From contig NC_009664.2 of the NCBI RefSeq assembly GCF_000017305.1, positions 840,001 to 872,000 of the forward strand: a stretch of DNA of 32,000 nucleotides, in the 5' to 3' direction. A model generated the notes under the pieces. That model saw only the letters and a list, made by a program, of their open reading frames with translations, was not told where the DNA came from and searched no databases. The position numbers were made by a program, and so were the translations under genes. Of this stretch, positions 8,956 through 16,553 are shown piece after piece. Origin of the DNA: Kineococcus radiotolerans SRS30216 = ATCC BAA-149 (GTDB taxonomy: Bacteria; Actinomycetota; Actinomycetes; Actinomycetales; Kineococcaceae). Numbering within the stretch: the stretch's first letter is position 1; every line of letters begins with the position of its first letter.

Positions 8956-9849
8956 ATGACCACCGAGACCCCCACCCCCGCGATCGCCACGACGAAGCTC
9001 TCCGTCGCGCACAAGGCGGTCGGCCCCCGCACCTGGGTCGCCGGGGCCGCCGCCAACCTCGTCACCGGCGTCCTCGGGATCCTGTTCCTGATCCCCCTGC
9101 TGTGGGTGGTGTTCGCGGCCTTCGACGCCGACGCCGGCCTGAAGCTGGAGTGGCCGGGGTCGGACCTCAGCCTGGACAACTTCCGGGCCGTGCTGACCCC
9201 GGAGACGACCTACCGCCCCATGTGGAACGGCCTCGTTCTGTGCGTCGGCTCCACCGCCATCGCCATCGTCGTCGCGACGCTGGCCGCCTACCCGCTGTCC
9301 CGCTTCGAGACCCGCTACAAGCGCCCGTTCCTGCTGACCATCCTGTTCTCGACCGGTCTGCCGATCACGGCGATCATGGTCCCGGTCTACGGGTTGTTCG
9401 TGCAGCTGAACCTCGTCGACACCATCAGCGGCACGGTGGCGTTCATGGCGACGACCGCGCTACCCATGTCGATCTTCCTCATGAAGAACTTCATGGACGG
9501 CGTCCCCCTCACCCTCGAGGAGGCCGCCTGGACCGACGGCGCGACGTCGATGCAGACGCTGCGCCACATCGTGCTGCCGCTCATGTGGCCCGGGATGTCG
9601 GTGGTGATGATCTTCACGTTCATCGGGATGTGGGGGAACTTCTTCATCCCCTTCATCCTGCTGCTCTCCCCCGACCGGCTGCCGGCCTCGGTGAGCATCT
9701 TCACCTTCTTCGGCCAGTACGGCTCGGTGCAGTGGGGCCAGCTCGCGGCCTACTCGATCCTCTACACCCTGCCCGTGGTCCTCCTCTACGTGCTGCTCTC
9801 GCGGCGCCTGGGCGGGGCGTTCAACTTCGGCGGCGCCCTCAAGGGCTGA
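8956..9849 (+). CDS. Carbohydrate ABC transporter permease (MalG/UgpE-like)
   Basis: ATG at 8956 lies 5 nt after the upstream stop, in the frame of track ORF 8173..9849. EAA loop 'LEEAAWTDGATSMQTLRHIVLPLMWP'. Confidence 0.85.
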   Translation: MTTETPTPAIATTKLSVAHKAVGPRTWVAGAAANLVTGVLGILFLIPLLWVVFAAFDADAGLKLEWPGSDLSLDNFRAVLTPETTYRPMWNGLVLCVGSTAIAIVVATLAAYPLSRFETRYKRPFLLTILFSTGLPITAIMVPVYGLFVQLNLVDTISGTVAFMATTALPMSIFLMKNFMDGVPLTLEEAAWTDGATSMQTLRHIVLPLMWPGMSVVMIFTFIGMWGNFFIPFILLLSPDRLPASVSIFTFFGQYGSVQWGQLAAYSILYTLPVVLLYVLLSRRLGGAFNFGGALKG

Positions 9850-9863
9850 GGCCCGCCGCGGCG

Positions 9864-10790
9864 TCACCAGTGCGGCGAGCGCGGGACCGGCTGGCAGACC
9901 GGGCAGGAGAACGAGGAACGGTTCATGAACGCGTCGCGGCGCACGAGGGCCCCGCACCGCGGGCACGGCCGGCCCTCCTGCCCGTACACGGCCAGGGACC
10001 GGTCGAAGTACCCGCTGGCCCCGTTCACGTTGACGTAGAGGGAGTCGAAGCTCGTGCCGCCCGCGTCCAGCGCGGCCGTCATCACCTCGCGCAGCCCCGC
10101 CAGCAGCGCCGCGGCCTGCGCAGGGGTCACCGAACGGGTCGGGCGGGCGTAGTGCAGCTTCGCCCGCCACAGCGCCTCGTCGGCGTAGATGTTCCCCACC
10201 CCCGACACCAGGGTCTGGTCCAGCAGGGCGCGCTTGAGCCCCGTCGTCCGCTCGCGCAGGCGCCGCGCGAAGACCGCGTCGTCGAAGGCGGGGTCGAGGG
10301 GGTCGCGGGCGATGTGCGCGACGGGGGCGGGCATGGACCCCGACCACGACCCGTCGGGGGTCTCGCCCAGTCCCCCGGGCCCGCCGTCGGGGGTCGCGAC
10401 CAGCGGCACGACGGCGATCCCGCCGAAGGTCCGCTGGTCCACGAAGCGCAGGTCCTCGCCGCCGTCGTCGAAGGTCCACACCGCCCGCAGGTGCTTCTCC
10501 TCCGGCGCGTCGGCGGCCTCCACGAGCAGCTGCCCGCTCATCCCCAGGTGCACGACCATCGCCTCCTCGGCCCGGCCGTCGGGGGTGGCCAGCGGCAGCC
10601 AGAGGTACTTCCCGCGCCGCACGGCGTCGGCGACGACGAGGCCCCGGGTGCGGGCCCCGGCGTCGTCGGGACCCGCCACGTGGCGGCGGGTCACCCGCGG
10701 GTGCAGGAACCGGGCGGAGGACACCGTCCGGCCCACCACCCAGCGGGCCACCCCGCGGCGGACGACCTCGACCTCGGGCAGCTCCGGCAC
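9864..10790 (-). CDS. mutM: Formamidopyrimidine-DNA glycosylase (Fpg/MutM)
   Basis: The N-terminus '[13 protein letters not shown]' carries the catalytic Pro2/Glu3. H2TH region '[20 protein letters not shown]'. C-terminal zinc finger 'CPRCG...CPVCQ'. Confidence 0.9.
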   Translation of the reverse strand: MPELPEVEVVRRGVARWVVGRTVSSARFLHPRVTRRHVAGPDDAGARTRGLVVADAVRRGKYLWLPLATPDGRAEEAMVVHLGMSGQLLVEAADAPEEKHLRAVWTFDDGGEDLRFVDQRTFGGIAVVPLVATPDGGPGGLGETPDGSWSGSMPAPVAHIARDPLDPAFDDAVFARRLRERTTGLKRALLDQTLVSGVGNIYADEALWRAKLHYARPTRSVTPAQAAALLAGLREVMTAALDAGGTSFDSLYVNVNGASGYFDRSLAVYGQEGRPCPRCGALVRRDAFMNRSSFSCPVCQPVPRSPHW

Positions 10791-10794
10791 GGGA

Positions 10795-11469
10795 TCAGCG
10801 CGAGGAACGCACGGCCGCGGCCGCGGTGGCCTCGCGCAGCGCCTCGACGGCGGCCGCGGCGGCCTTCTGCTCGGCCTCCTTCTTGCTGCGGCCCTCGCCG
10901 TGGCCCAGGACCGTCCCGCCGACCACGGCGTCGGCGGTGAAGTTCTTGGCGTGGTCGGGACCGGAGTCCGTGATCGCGTAGGAGGGCACCCCGAGCCCCT
11001 CGGAGGCGGTGAGCTCCTGCAGCGCGGTCTTCCAGTCCGTCCCGGCCCCGAGGCGCTCGGAGGAGTCCATCAGGGGCGAGGTGAGGCGCAGGACGAACTC
11101 CCGGGCCCCGTCCATCCCCACGGAGAGGAACGCCGCCCCGATGACGGCCTCCATGGTGTCGGCCAGGATGGAGGACTTGTCCCGCCCGCCGGTGCCGAGC
11201 TCCCCCTTGCCCAGGCGCACGTGGGCCCCCAGGTCCAGGCCGCGGGCGATGTCGGCCAGCGCGCGGGAGTTCACCACCGCGGCCCGCAGCTTGGCCAGCC
11301 GGCCCTCGGAGACGTCCTCGAAGCGGGTGTACAGCTCGTGGGTCACCACGAGCCCCAGCACGGAGTCGCCGAGGAACTCCAGCCGCTCGTTGGTGGGCAG
11401 CCCGCCCTGCTCGTAGGCGTACGAGCGGTGCGTCAGGGCCAGTTCCAGCAACCCGGCGTCGATCTCCAC
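10795..11469 (-). CDS. rnc: Ribonuclease III. The N-terminus is probably longer than this ORF-track start (see findings).
   Basis: RNase III signature '[16 protein letters not shown]'. dsRBD at the C-terminus ('[10 protein letters not shown]...[17 protein letters not shown]'). The stop lies 4 nt before the mutM start. Confidence 0.9.
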   Translation of the reverse strand: MEIDAGLLELALTHRSYAYEQGGLPTNERLEFLGDSVLGLVVTHELYTRFEDVSEGRLAKLRAAVVNSRALADIARGLDLGAHVRLGKGELGTGGRDKSSILADTMEAVIGAAFLSVGMDGAREFVLRLTSPLMDSSERLGAGTDWKTALQELTASEGLGVPSYAITDSGPDHAKNFTADAVVGGTVLGHGEGRSKKEAEQKAAAAAVEALREATAAAAVRSSR

Positions 11470-11545
11470 GCCCAGAGCAGCGTTCAGCCGGGCGGCGTCA
11501 CCGACGCCGCCCGGCTGGACTGCGGGCGCCTGCTGAGCGGTCAGC

Positions 11546-11749
11546 TCAGAGGTCCTTGACCTTGCGGCCCTTGTACTCCAGGTACAGCGGGGTGCCGGCG
11601 GAGTCGGTGACGACCCGCGCGGTGTGGGGGCGCGAGTACGCGACCTGGCCGCGGACGGTGCTGGTGACCAGGGTCTCCTCAGCCGCCTTCCACTGCGAAC
11701 GGCGCGAACGCGTGTTGCTGCGGGACATCTTCCGCTTCGGGACGGCCAC
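11546..11749 (-). CDS. rpmF: 50S ribosomal protein L32
   Basis: '[22 protein letters not shown]' is the canonical L32 N-terminus. GTG start lies 2 nt after the yceD stop. Confidence 0.95.
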   Translation of the reverse strand: MAVPKRKMSRSNTRSRRSQWKAAEETLVTSTVRGQVAYSRPHTARVVTDSAGTPLYLEYKGRKVKDL

Positions 11750-11751
11750 GA

Positions 11752-12351
11752 TCAGCTCTTCTCTCTGGTTCCGGACGGGGAGTCGTCACTGCTCTCGAGC
11801 AGGGACTGCAAGGCGGCCCACCGGGGGTCCGCCGGTTCTTCGGAGGGCGGCGCCTGCTCGGAGACGCCGATCTCGTAGTCCTGCTGGCAGGGGCCGTCGC
11901 ACGTGGGCTGGAACGGCAGTTCCAGCACGACGGCGTCACGGACCGCGGGTTCGAGGTCGACGAGCTCGCCCTGGGCGACCTCACGGATCTCGTCCTCGTC
12001 GTCCGCCAGTTCCACGGGCGTCTTGCCCGGGTAGGCGAACAGCTCCTGCAGGGTGACCTCGAGGTCCTGGGTCACCTCGGTGAGGCACCGCCCGCACTCC
12101 CCGACGGCGGTGCCGCGGACGGTGCCCGAGACGAGCACACCCTCCATGACGGCTTCCATCCGCAGGTCGAGCTCGAGGTCGGCCCCCTCGGGGACGCCGA
12201 TGACGGCGATCCCGAGCTCCGCCGGTGCCGGCACGGTGCGCTTGAGGGTGCGCATCGTCCCCGGTCGACGGCCCAGGTCGTGCGTGGAGATCACGAGGGG
12301 GGCGTTGGGGTCCAACTGGCCTTCGTGCACCTTGCCCTTGGTCACGTCCAC
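11752..12351 (-). CDS. yceD: YceD/DUF177 family protein (ribosome-maturation-associated, usually co-transcribed with rpmF)
   Basis: '[10 protein letters not shown]...' and '...[14 protein letters not shown]' are the two Cys pairs of DUF177. It sits immediately upstream of rpmF. The start is either GTG 12351 or GTG 12345, both just downstream of 'ggagg' (12353-12357, minus sense). The track start at 12411 adds a non-conserved Arg-rich leader. Confidence 0.8.
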   Translation of the reverse strand: MDVTKGKVHEGQLDPNAPLVISTHDLGRRPGTMRTLKRTVPAPAELGIAVIGVPEGADLELDLRMEAVMEGVLVSGTVRGTAVGECGRCLTEVTQDLEVTLQELFAYPGKTPVELADDEDEIREVAQGELVDLEPAVRDAVVLELPFQPTCDGPCQQDYEIGVSEQAPPSEEPADPRWAALQSLLESSDDSPSGTREKS

Positions 12352-12463
12352 ACCTCCGTTCCTGGTCGATCGAGACACCACGCGGCCTCGTCGCTGGTGG
12401 GTGAACCACACGCGCCGAGGCCGTCCCCCAGGATAGCCGAGGGGGAGCCGTACGGCCCAATCG

Positions 12464-13024
12464 TCACGAGCGGGAGGTCTCGCCCCGCTCGGCCTTGTGC
12501 GCGCCCGCCGCGACGGGGGCCGGCTCGGCGGCCTCGGCCACCTCGGTGACCGTCGCGGCGCCCTCGTCCTCGCCGCCGCGCACCTTCAGCCGGTCCCGGC
12601 CGCGGTGCGCCTGCTGCTGGAGCCGGTCCAGCTCCTCCTCGAAGTCGGAGAGCTTGCGGTCCACCCAGGCGTCGGCGTCCACGCGCAGGCGCTTCGCCTC
12701 GTCCCGCGCGGCGAGCACGATGCTCTCGGCCCGCTCGCGCGCCGCCCGCGTCACCGCCTGGGCGTCGACGAGCTCCTCGGCCCGCTCCCGGGCTCGGGCG
12801 AGGACCTCGTCGGCCTCCGCCTGCGCCGCGGCGAGGACCTCGTCGCGCTGGGCCAGGACGTCACCGGCCTGCTGGACCTCCGCCGGCAGCAGCCGGCGCA
12901 CCTCCGAGACCAGGCTGAGCAACTGCTCGCGGTCGACCACCACCGACGAGGACAGCGGGACACCGCGCGCCCCCGACACGAGCGCGGCGAGCTCGCCGAG
13001 CTTCTCGTGCACCTCCACAGCCAC
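12464..13024 (-). CDS. Coiled-coil, DivIVA-like protein resembling mycobacterial SepIVA (Rv2927c family)
   Basis: 186 aa. The N-terminus 'LGELAALVSGARGVPLSSSVVVDREQLLSLVSEVRRLLPAEVQQAGDVLAQRD' and the C-terminal 'DAWVDRKLSDFEEELDRL...GRDRL' match my recollection of the Rv2927c family. Its position between coaD and yceD is the same as in mycobacteria. The middle is a heptad-like Ala/Glu/Arg coiled coil. Confidence 0.55.
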   Translation of the reverse strand: MAVEVHEKLGELAALVSGARGVPLSSSVVVDREQLLSLVSEVRRLLPAEVQQAGDVLAQRDEVLAAAQAEADEVLARARERAEELVDAQAVTRAARERAESIVLAARDEAKRLRVDADAWVDRKLSDFEEELDRLQQQAHRGRDRLKVRGGEDEGAATVTEVAEAAEPAPVAAGAHKAERGETSRS

Positions 13025-13062
13025 TGCCTTCCCTCGTTCCCGCGTCGTGCTCGCGCCCGGGT

Positions 13063-13596
13063 TCAGGCCCCGGGCGCGTCCGCATTCTCCCCCAGCCGCG
13101 ACACCAGGGCGGCACGCACCGCCGGGGGGACCAGGGCCGAGACGTCCCCGCCGTGGCGGGCGACCTCCTTCACCAGCGAGGAGGAGACGTGCTCGAAGCG
13201 GGGGTCGCCGACGAGGAACACCGTCTCCACGCCGGCCAGGTGCCGGTTCATCAGGGCCATCGGCAGCTCGTAGGCGTAGTCGGTGCCCCCGCGCAGGCCC
13301 TTGACCACGACCCCCGCCCCCAGCCGCCGGCAGTGGTCGACGAGCAGCCCGTCGGCGAACTCCTCGACGACGACGCGCTCGGCGCGCGGGTCACCGCTGC
13401 CCTCCAGGGCCGCGCGCACCAGCCCGACGCGCTCGGGGCCGGTGAGGAGACCGCGCTTGGCCGGGTTGACCGCGACCCCCACGTGCACGACGTCGAACAT
13501 CCCCGCCGCCCGCAGCAGCACGTCGAGGTGCCCCAGGGTCACGGGGTCGAAGCTGCCCGGGCACACGCACCGGCGGGTTCCCAGGGGCTCAGGCAC
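13063..13596 (-). CDS. coaD: Phosphopantetheine adenylyltransferase
   Basis: 'CPGSFDPVTLGHLDVLLRAA' is the nucleotidyltransferase (T/H)xGH motif. 'ISSSLVKEV'-type C-terminal motif ('VSSSLVKEVARHGGDVS'). GTG at 13596 lies 11 nt after the rsmD stop. The track start at 13818 overlaps rsmD and is Arg/Gly-rich. Confidence 0.9.
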   Translation of the reverse strand: MPEPLGTRRCVCPGSFDPVTLGHLDVLLRAAGMFDVVHVGVAVNPAKRGLLTGPERVGLVRAALEGSGDPRAERVVVEEFADGLLVDHCRRLGAGVVVKGLRGGTDYAYELPMALMNRHLAGVETVFLVGDPRFEHVSSSLVKEVARHGGDVSALVPPAVRAALVSRLGENADAPGA

Positions 13597-13607
13597 GGAC
13601 GCAGACG

Positions 13608-14165
13608 CTAACAGCGCGCCGTCCACACGCTCGTCTCGCCGTAGCGGCGCTCGCGCACGTCGGTGAACCCCTCCGGCCAGCGCGGCGCGGCGGTGCGGGA
13701 GGACCGCTCGACCACGACCGTCGCCCCCGGCGCCAGCAGCGGGACGAGGTCGGCGAGCAGCGCGTCGACCTCCTCGGGGGCCACGGCGTAGGGCGGGTCG
13801 ACCAGCACGAGGTCCCACCCGCCCTCCACCGCCGCGGCCGCGGAGGCGACGAACCGCTCCACCCGCTCGGGCACCACCCGCACCCCCGGCAGGCCCACGG
13901 CCTCGGCGTTGGCGCGCGCCGTCCGCGCCGCGGGGCGGGCGGCCTCGACGAGGACGACCCGCACCGCACCGCGGCTGGCCGCCTCCAGCCCCAGCGCGCC
14001 GGACCCGGCGTACAGGTCGAGCACCCAGGCCCCCTCGAGCGCACCGGCGGCGTCGAGGGCGGAGAACAGCGCCTCGCGCACCCGGTCGCTGGTGGGGCGG
14101 GTCGTCTCCCCCGGCGGCACCTTGAGCCGCCGTCCGCCGGCACGGCCGGAGATGATGCGCGTCAC
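13608..14165 (-). CDS. rsmD: 16S rRNA (guanine966-N2)-methyltransferase RsmD
   Basis: 'MTRIISGRAGGRRLKVPPGETTRPTSDRVREALFSAL', 'VLDLYAGSGALGLEAASRGA' (SAM motif I) and 'DLVLVDPPY' (DPPY motif). Confidence 0.9.
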   Translation of the reverse strand: MTRIISGRAGGRRLKVPPGETTRPTSDRVREALFSALDAAGALEGAWVLDLYAGSGALGLEAASRGAVRVVLVEAARPAARTARANAEAVGLPGVRVVPERVERFVASAAAAVEGGWDLVLVDPPYAVAPEEVDALLADLVPLLAPGATVVVERSSRTAAPRWPEGFTDVRERRYGETSVWTARC

Positions 14166-14175
14166 GGGGTGCTCC

Positions 14176-15834
14176 TCACGAGATCTTGCGCGCGCGGTGC
14201 GCGGCGTAGGCCCAGCCGATCCCCACGGCCGCGAGGGTCGCGACGAGCTGGCCGAGCAGCAGCCAGTCGTGGGCCCCCCGCGCCAGCACGGCGAGCAGGA
14301 TCGGCGCGCTGACCAGGACGGCGAGGTCGGGCCCCGTCGTGGTGGCCGCGGCCGCCCCCGGCGGCAGCCCGCCCATGGCGGTGGCGATGACCGGGCCGGA
14401 CAGGTCCGGGTCGGGACGGACGGCGCCGCGCAGGCCCGCGGCGGCGAACCCCGGCCCGGCCAGCGCCCCCAGCAGCGCCCACGACCACCACGCCGTGCCC
14501 GGGGACCCCCCGTGCAGCAGGCCGGAGGCGGTGACGGTGAGCGGCACCGCGAGCGCGCCCCACGCGGAGCAGAGCACGGCGACCGGGACCCAGCGGACCA
14601 GCACGACCCCGGTCGCGGAGATCGGCAGCGTCCGGGCGGCGGCGGGCACCAGGGCCAGCCCGCGGGCCGGTTCGGACAGCGTGGTCGCGGCGGCGTAGCC
14701 GGCCAGCCACAGCAGCAGCGCGCCCACCGCGCGGTGCGCGGAGGTCCCCGAGGCCAGGACGAAGGGCACCAGGGCCAGGACGCCGGCGGTGACGAGCCGG
14801 CGCGGCTGGCGGCGCAGCAGGACGACGTCGGCGGCGAGGACCGCGCGGACCGGCCCGCCGGCCCGGGTGAACCGGGCCCGGCGGCGGCGCCGCGCCCCGG
14901 AGTCCGCCGACAGCGCCCGCCCCATCTCGCGGACGTCGAACTGCAGCACCGAGGAGGTCAGCCGCTCCAGCCGGGACGCCCCGCGCCGCAACGAGGGCGA
15001 GGGGATCTCCCCCACGCGCGACCAGGCGGGCCGCCCGACCGCGGCGAGGACGACCAGGGCGGCCGTCCCGACGACGACGGCGGGCACGAGGACCGCGCTC
15101 GGGTGCACGGCGTCGACGCGGATCCCGACGACCGCCGAGCCCGCGAGGGCGAGCACCAGCCCCACCCCGACCCCGTCCAGGACCCGCCCGACCCGCAGCA
15201 GCGCCTCGACCCCCGCCCCTACGGCCGGGCGCACGACGAGGGCGTACCCCGCGGCCGCCGTCCCGGCGCCGACGGCGAACCCCCCGAGGAGGCCGCCGGC
15301 GACGGTGGCGCCGCTGAGGTCGCCGCTCACCCCGAAGGCGACCGAGGAGGTCCACGCCGTGAACAGCCCGCCCGTGAGCGCCGTGCCCAGCGCGCGGTTG
15401 CGCACCACGGGCCGCAGCAGGTCCGCGCGGGGCACCGGCAGCGGGGTCCACCACGTCGTCGGGGCGGTGGGCAGGCTCACCGGCCCCAGCCGGCACCACG
15501 CCGCGAGGCCGAAGGCGATGACGCTGCAGGAGAGCCCGACGGCGAGGACGACGGCGGAGGTCTGCGGCACCCAGCCCGGTCCCTCGCCGCTGCGGGCCAG
15601 CCCGCTGCGCAGGGCCTCGCGCAGGGACCCGCTGCCGCCGAGCAGGAGCAGGAACGCGATCCCCACCTGCAGCAGCGTCGTGTAGGTGTCGGTGAGGGTG
15701 GCGCGCAGACCGCGGGCCGCCTTGGAGGGGGCGGCCTCGTCGAGCAGCTCCCGGCGGGTGGGGTGGGGCTGGTCGGCGAGCGGCCCCACCAGGAGCGGGG
15801 CGTCCGGCCGGGATCCCGCGGCGGGTCCGGTCAT
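14176..15834 (-). CDS. Large polytopic membrane protein of unknown function, the partner of the upstream ABC ATPase. It may belong to the DUF6297-type family; that name is from memory and unverified.
   Basis: 552 codons from ATG 15834, which overlaps the ATPase stop (ATGA), in the frame of track ORF 14176..16431. There are at least 10 long Ala/Leu/Val/Gly hydrophobic segments separated by Arg-rich loops (for example 'RRRRRARFTRAGG'). I can see no EAA loop or recognisable ABC-2 motif. Confidence 0.6.
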   Translation of the reverse strand: MTGPAAGSRPDAPLLVGPLADQPHPTRRELLDEAAPSKAARGLRATLTDTYTTLLQVGIAFLLLLGGSGSLREALRSGLARSGEGPGWVPQTSAVVLAVGLSCSVIAFGLAAWCRLGPVSLPTAPTTWWTPLPVPRADLLRPVVRNRALGTALTGGLFTAWTSSVAFGVSGDLSGATVAGGLLGGFAVGAGTAAAGYALVVRPAVGAGVEALLRVGRVLDGVGVGLVLALAGSAVVGIRVDAVHPSAVLVPAVVVGTAALVVLAAVGRPAWSRVGEIPSPSLRRGASRLERLTSSVLQFDVREMGRALSADSGARRRRRARFTRAGGPVRAVLAADVVLLRRQPRRLVTAGVLALVPFVLASGTSAHRAVGALLLWLAGYAAATTLSEPARGLALVPAAARTLPISATGVVLVRWVPVAVLCSAWGALAVPLTVTASGLLHGGSPGTAWWSWALLGALAGPGFAAAGLRGAVRPDPDLSGPVIATAMGGLPPGAAAATTTGPDLAVLVSAPILLAVLARGAHDWLLLGQLVATLAAVGIGWAYAAHRARKIS

Positions 15835-16553
15835 CGGACGGGGTCGCTGACGATCCGGGCGGCCTCGTCGGCGTCGACCACGCGGCACACCGGCGCCACC
15901 TCGGGGTCGTCCACGACGACGGCGCGGGTGGCCAGCGCGCGCAGCAGGACGACGTCGTGGGTGGCCAGGACCAGCGCCGTCCCGGCGTCGCGCTCGGCGA
16001 CGAGGCGTTCGGCCAGCGCCTCGCGCCCGGTCGGGTCGAGCCGCTGCTCGGGTTCGTCGAGCAGCAGGACCGCGCGGGGGCGGACGAGGGCGGCGGCCAG
16101 CAGCAGGCGGCGCTTCTGCCCGCTGGAGAGGGACCCGGGCAGCTGGTCGGCGGCCCCGGTGAGCCGTTGCGCCTCGAGCTCGGCGTCGACGACCCCGACG
16201 ACGTCGCGGACCCCGTGCCCGCGGGCGACGAGCTCGAGGTGCTCGGCGACGGAGAGCTCGGCGAACCAGGCGTCCTCGTCGAAGACGGAGGCGACCTCGC
16301 GGCGGAACTGCGCGGACCGCTCGTCGACGGCCCGGCCGCGCAGGGTCACCGTGCCGCCCAGGGGCTGCAGCAGCCCGGCGACGGCGCGCAGCACGGTGGA
16401 CTTGCCCGCGCCGTTGGCCCCGACCAGGCACAGCGCCTCCCCCGCCGCGACGTCGACGGTCACCGGGGCGCAGACGGGCCGGCCGTAGCCGACCCGCAGG
16501 TCCTCCAGCGCCAGCACGACGTCGCGGGCCGGGCGGGCCCTCCCCCGGCTCAC
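15831..16553 (-). CDS. ABC transporter ATP-binding protein
   Basis: Walker A 'GANGAGKST', signature 'LSSGQKRRL', Walker B 'VLLLDEPE', H-loop 'LATHD'. The GTG at 16553 overlaps the recG stop (GTGA). An alternative in-frame GTG at 16517 would give the more typical '[12 protein letters not shown]' N-terminus. Confidence 0.85.
   Translation of the reverse strand: MSRGRARPARDVVLALEDLRVGYGRPVCAPVTVDVAAGEALCLVGANGAGKSTVLRAVAGLLQPLGGTVTLRGRAVDERSAQFRREVASVFDEDAWFAELSVAEHLELVARGHGVRDVVGVVDAELEAQRLTGAADQLPGSLSSGQKRRLLLAAALVRPRAVLLLDEPEQRLDPTGREALAERLVAERDAGTALVLATHDVVLLRALATRAVVVDDPEVAPVCRVVDADEAARIVSDPVR

Noticed and set aside
12430-12460. Possible yceD-rpmF promoter (minus sense TTGGGC-N19-TATCCT) just downstream of the SepIVA-like stop.
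   Set aside because: The spacer is longer than optimal and both hexamers match weakly. Without transcript data it cannot be told apart from chance.
13909-16488. 859-aa + strand ORF, and the 445-aa minus-strand ORF 14162..15499, across the ABC/membrane pair.
   Set aside because: Both are low-complexity Arg/Gly/Pro/Asp translations. The chosen frames give ABC motifs and hydrophobic helices.
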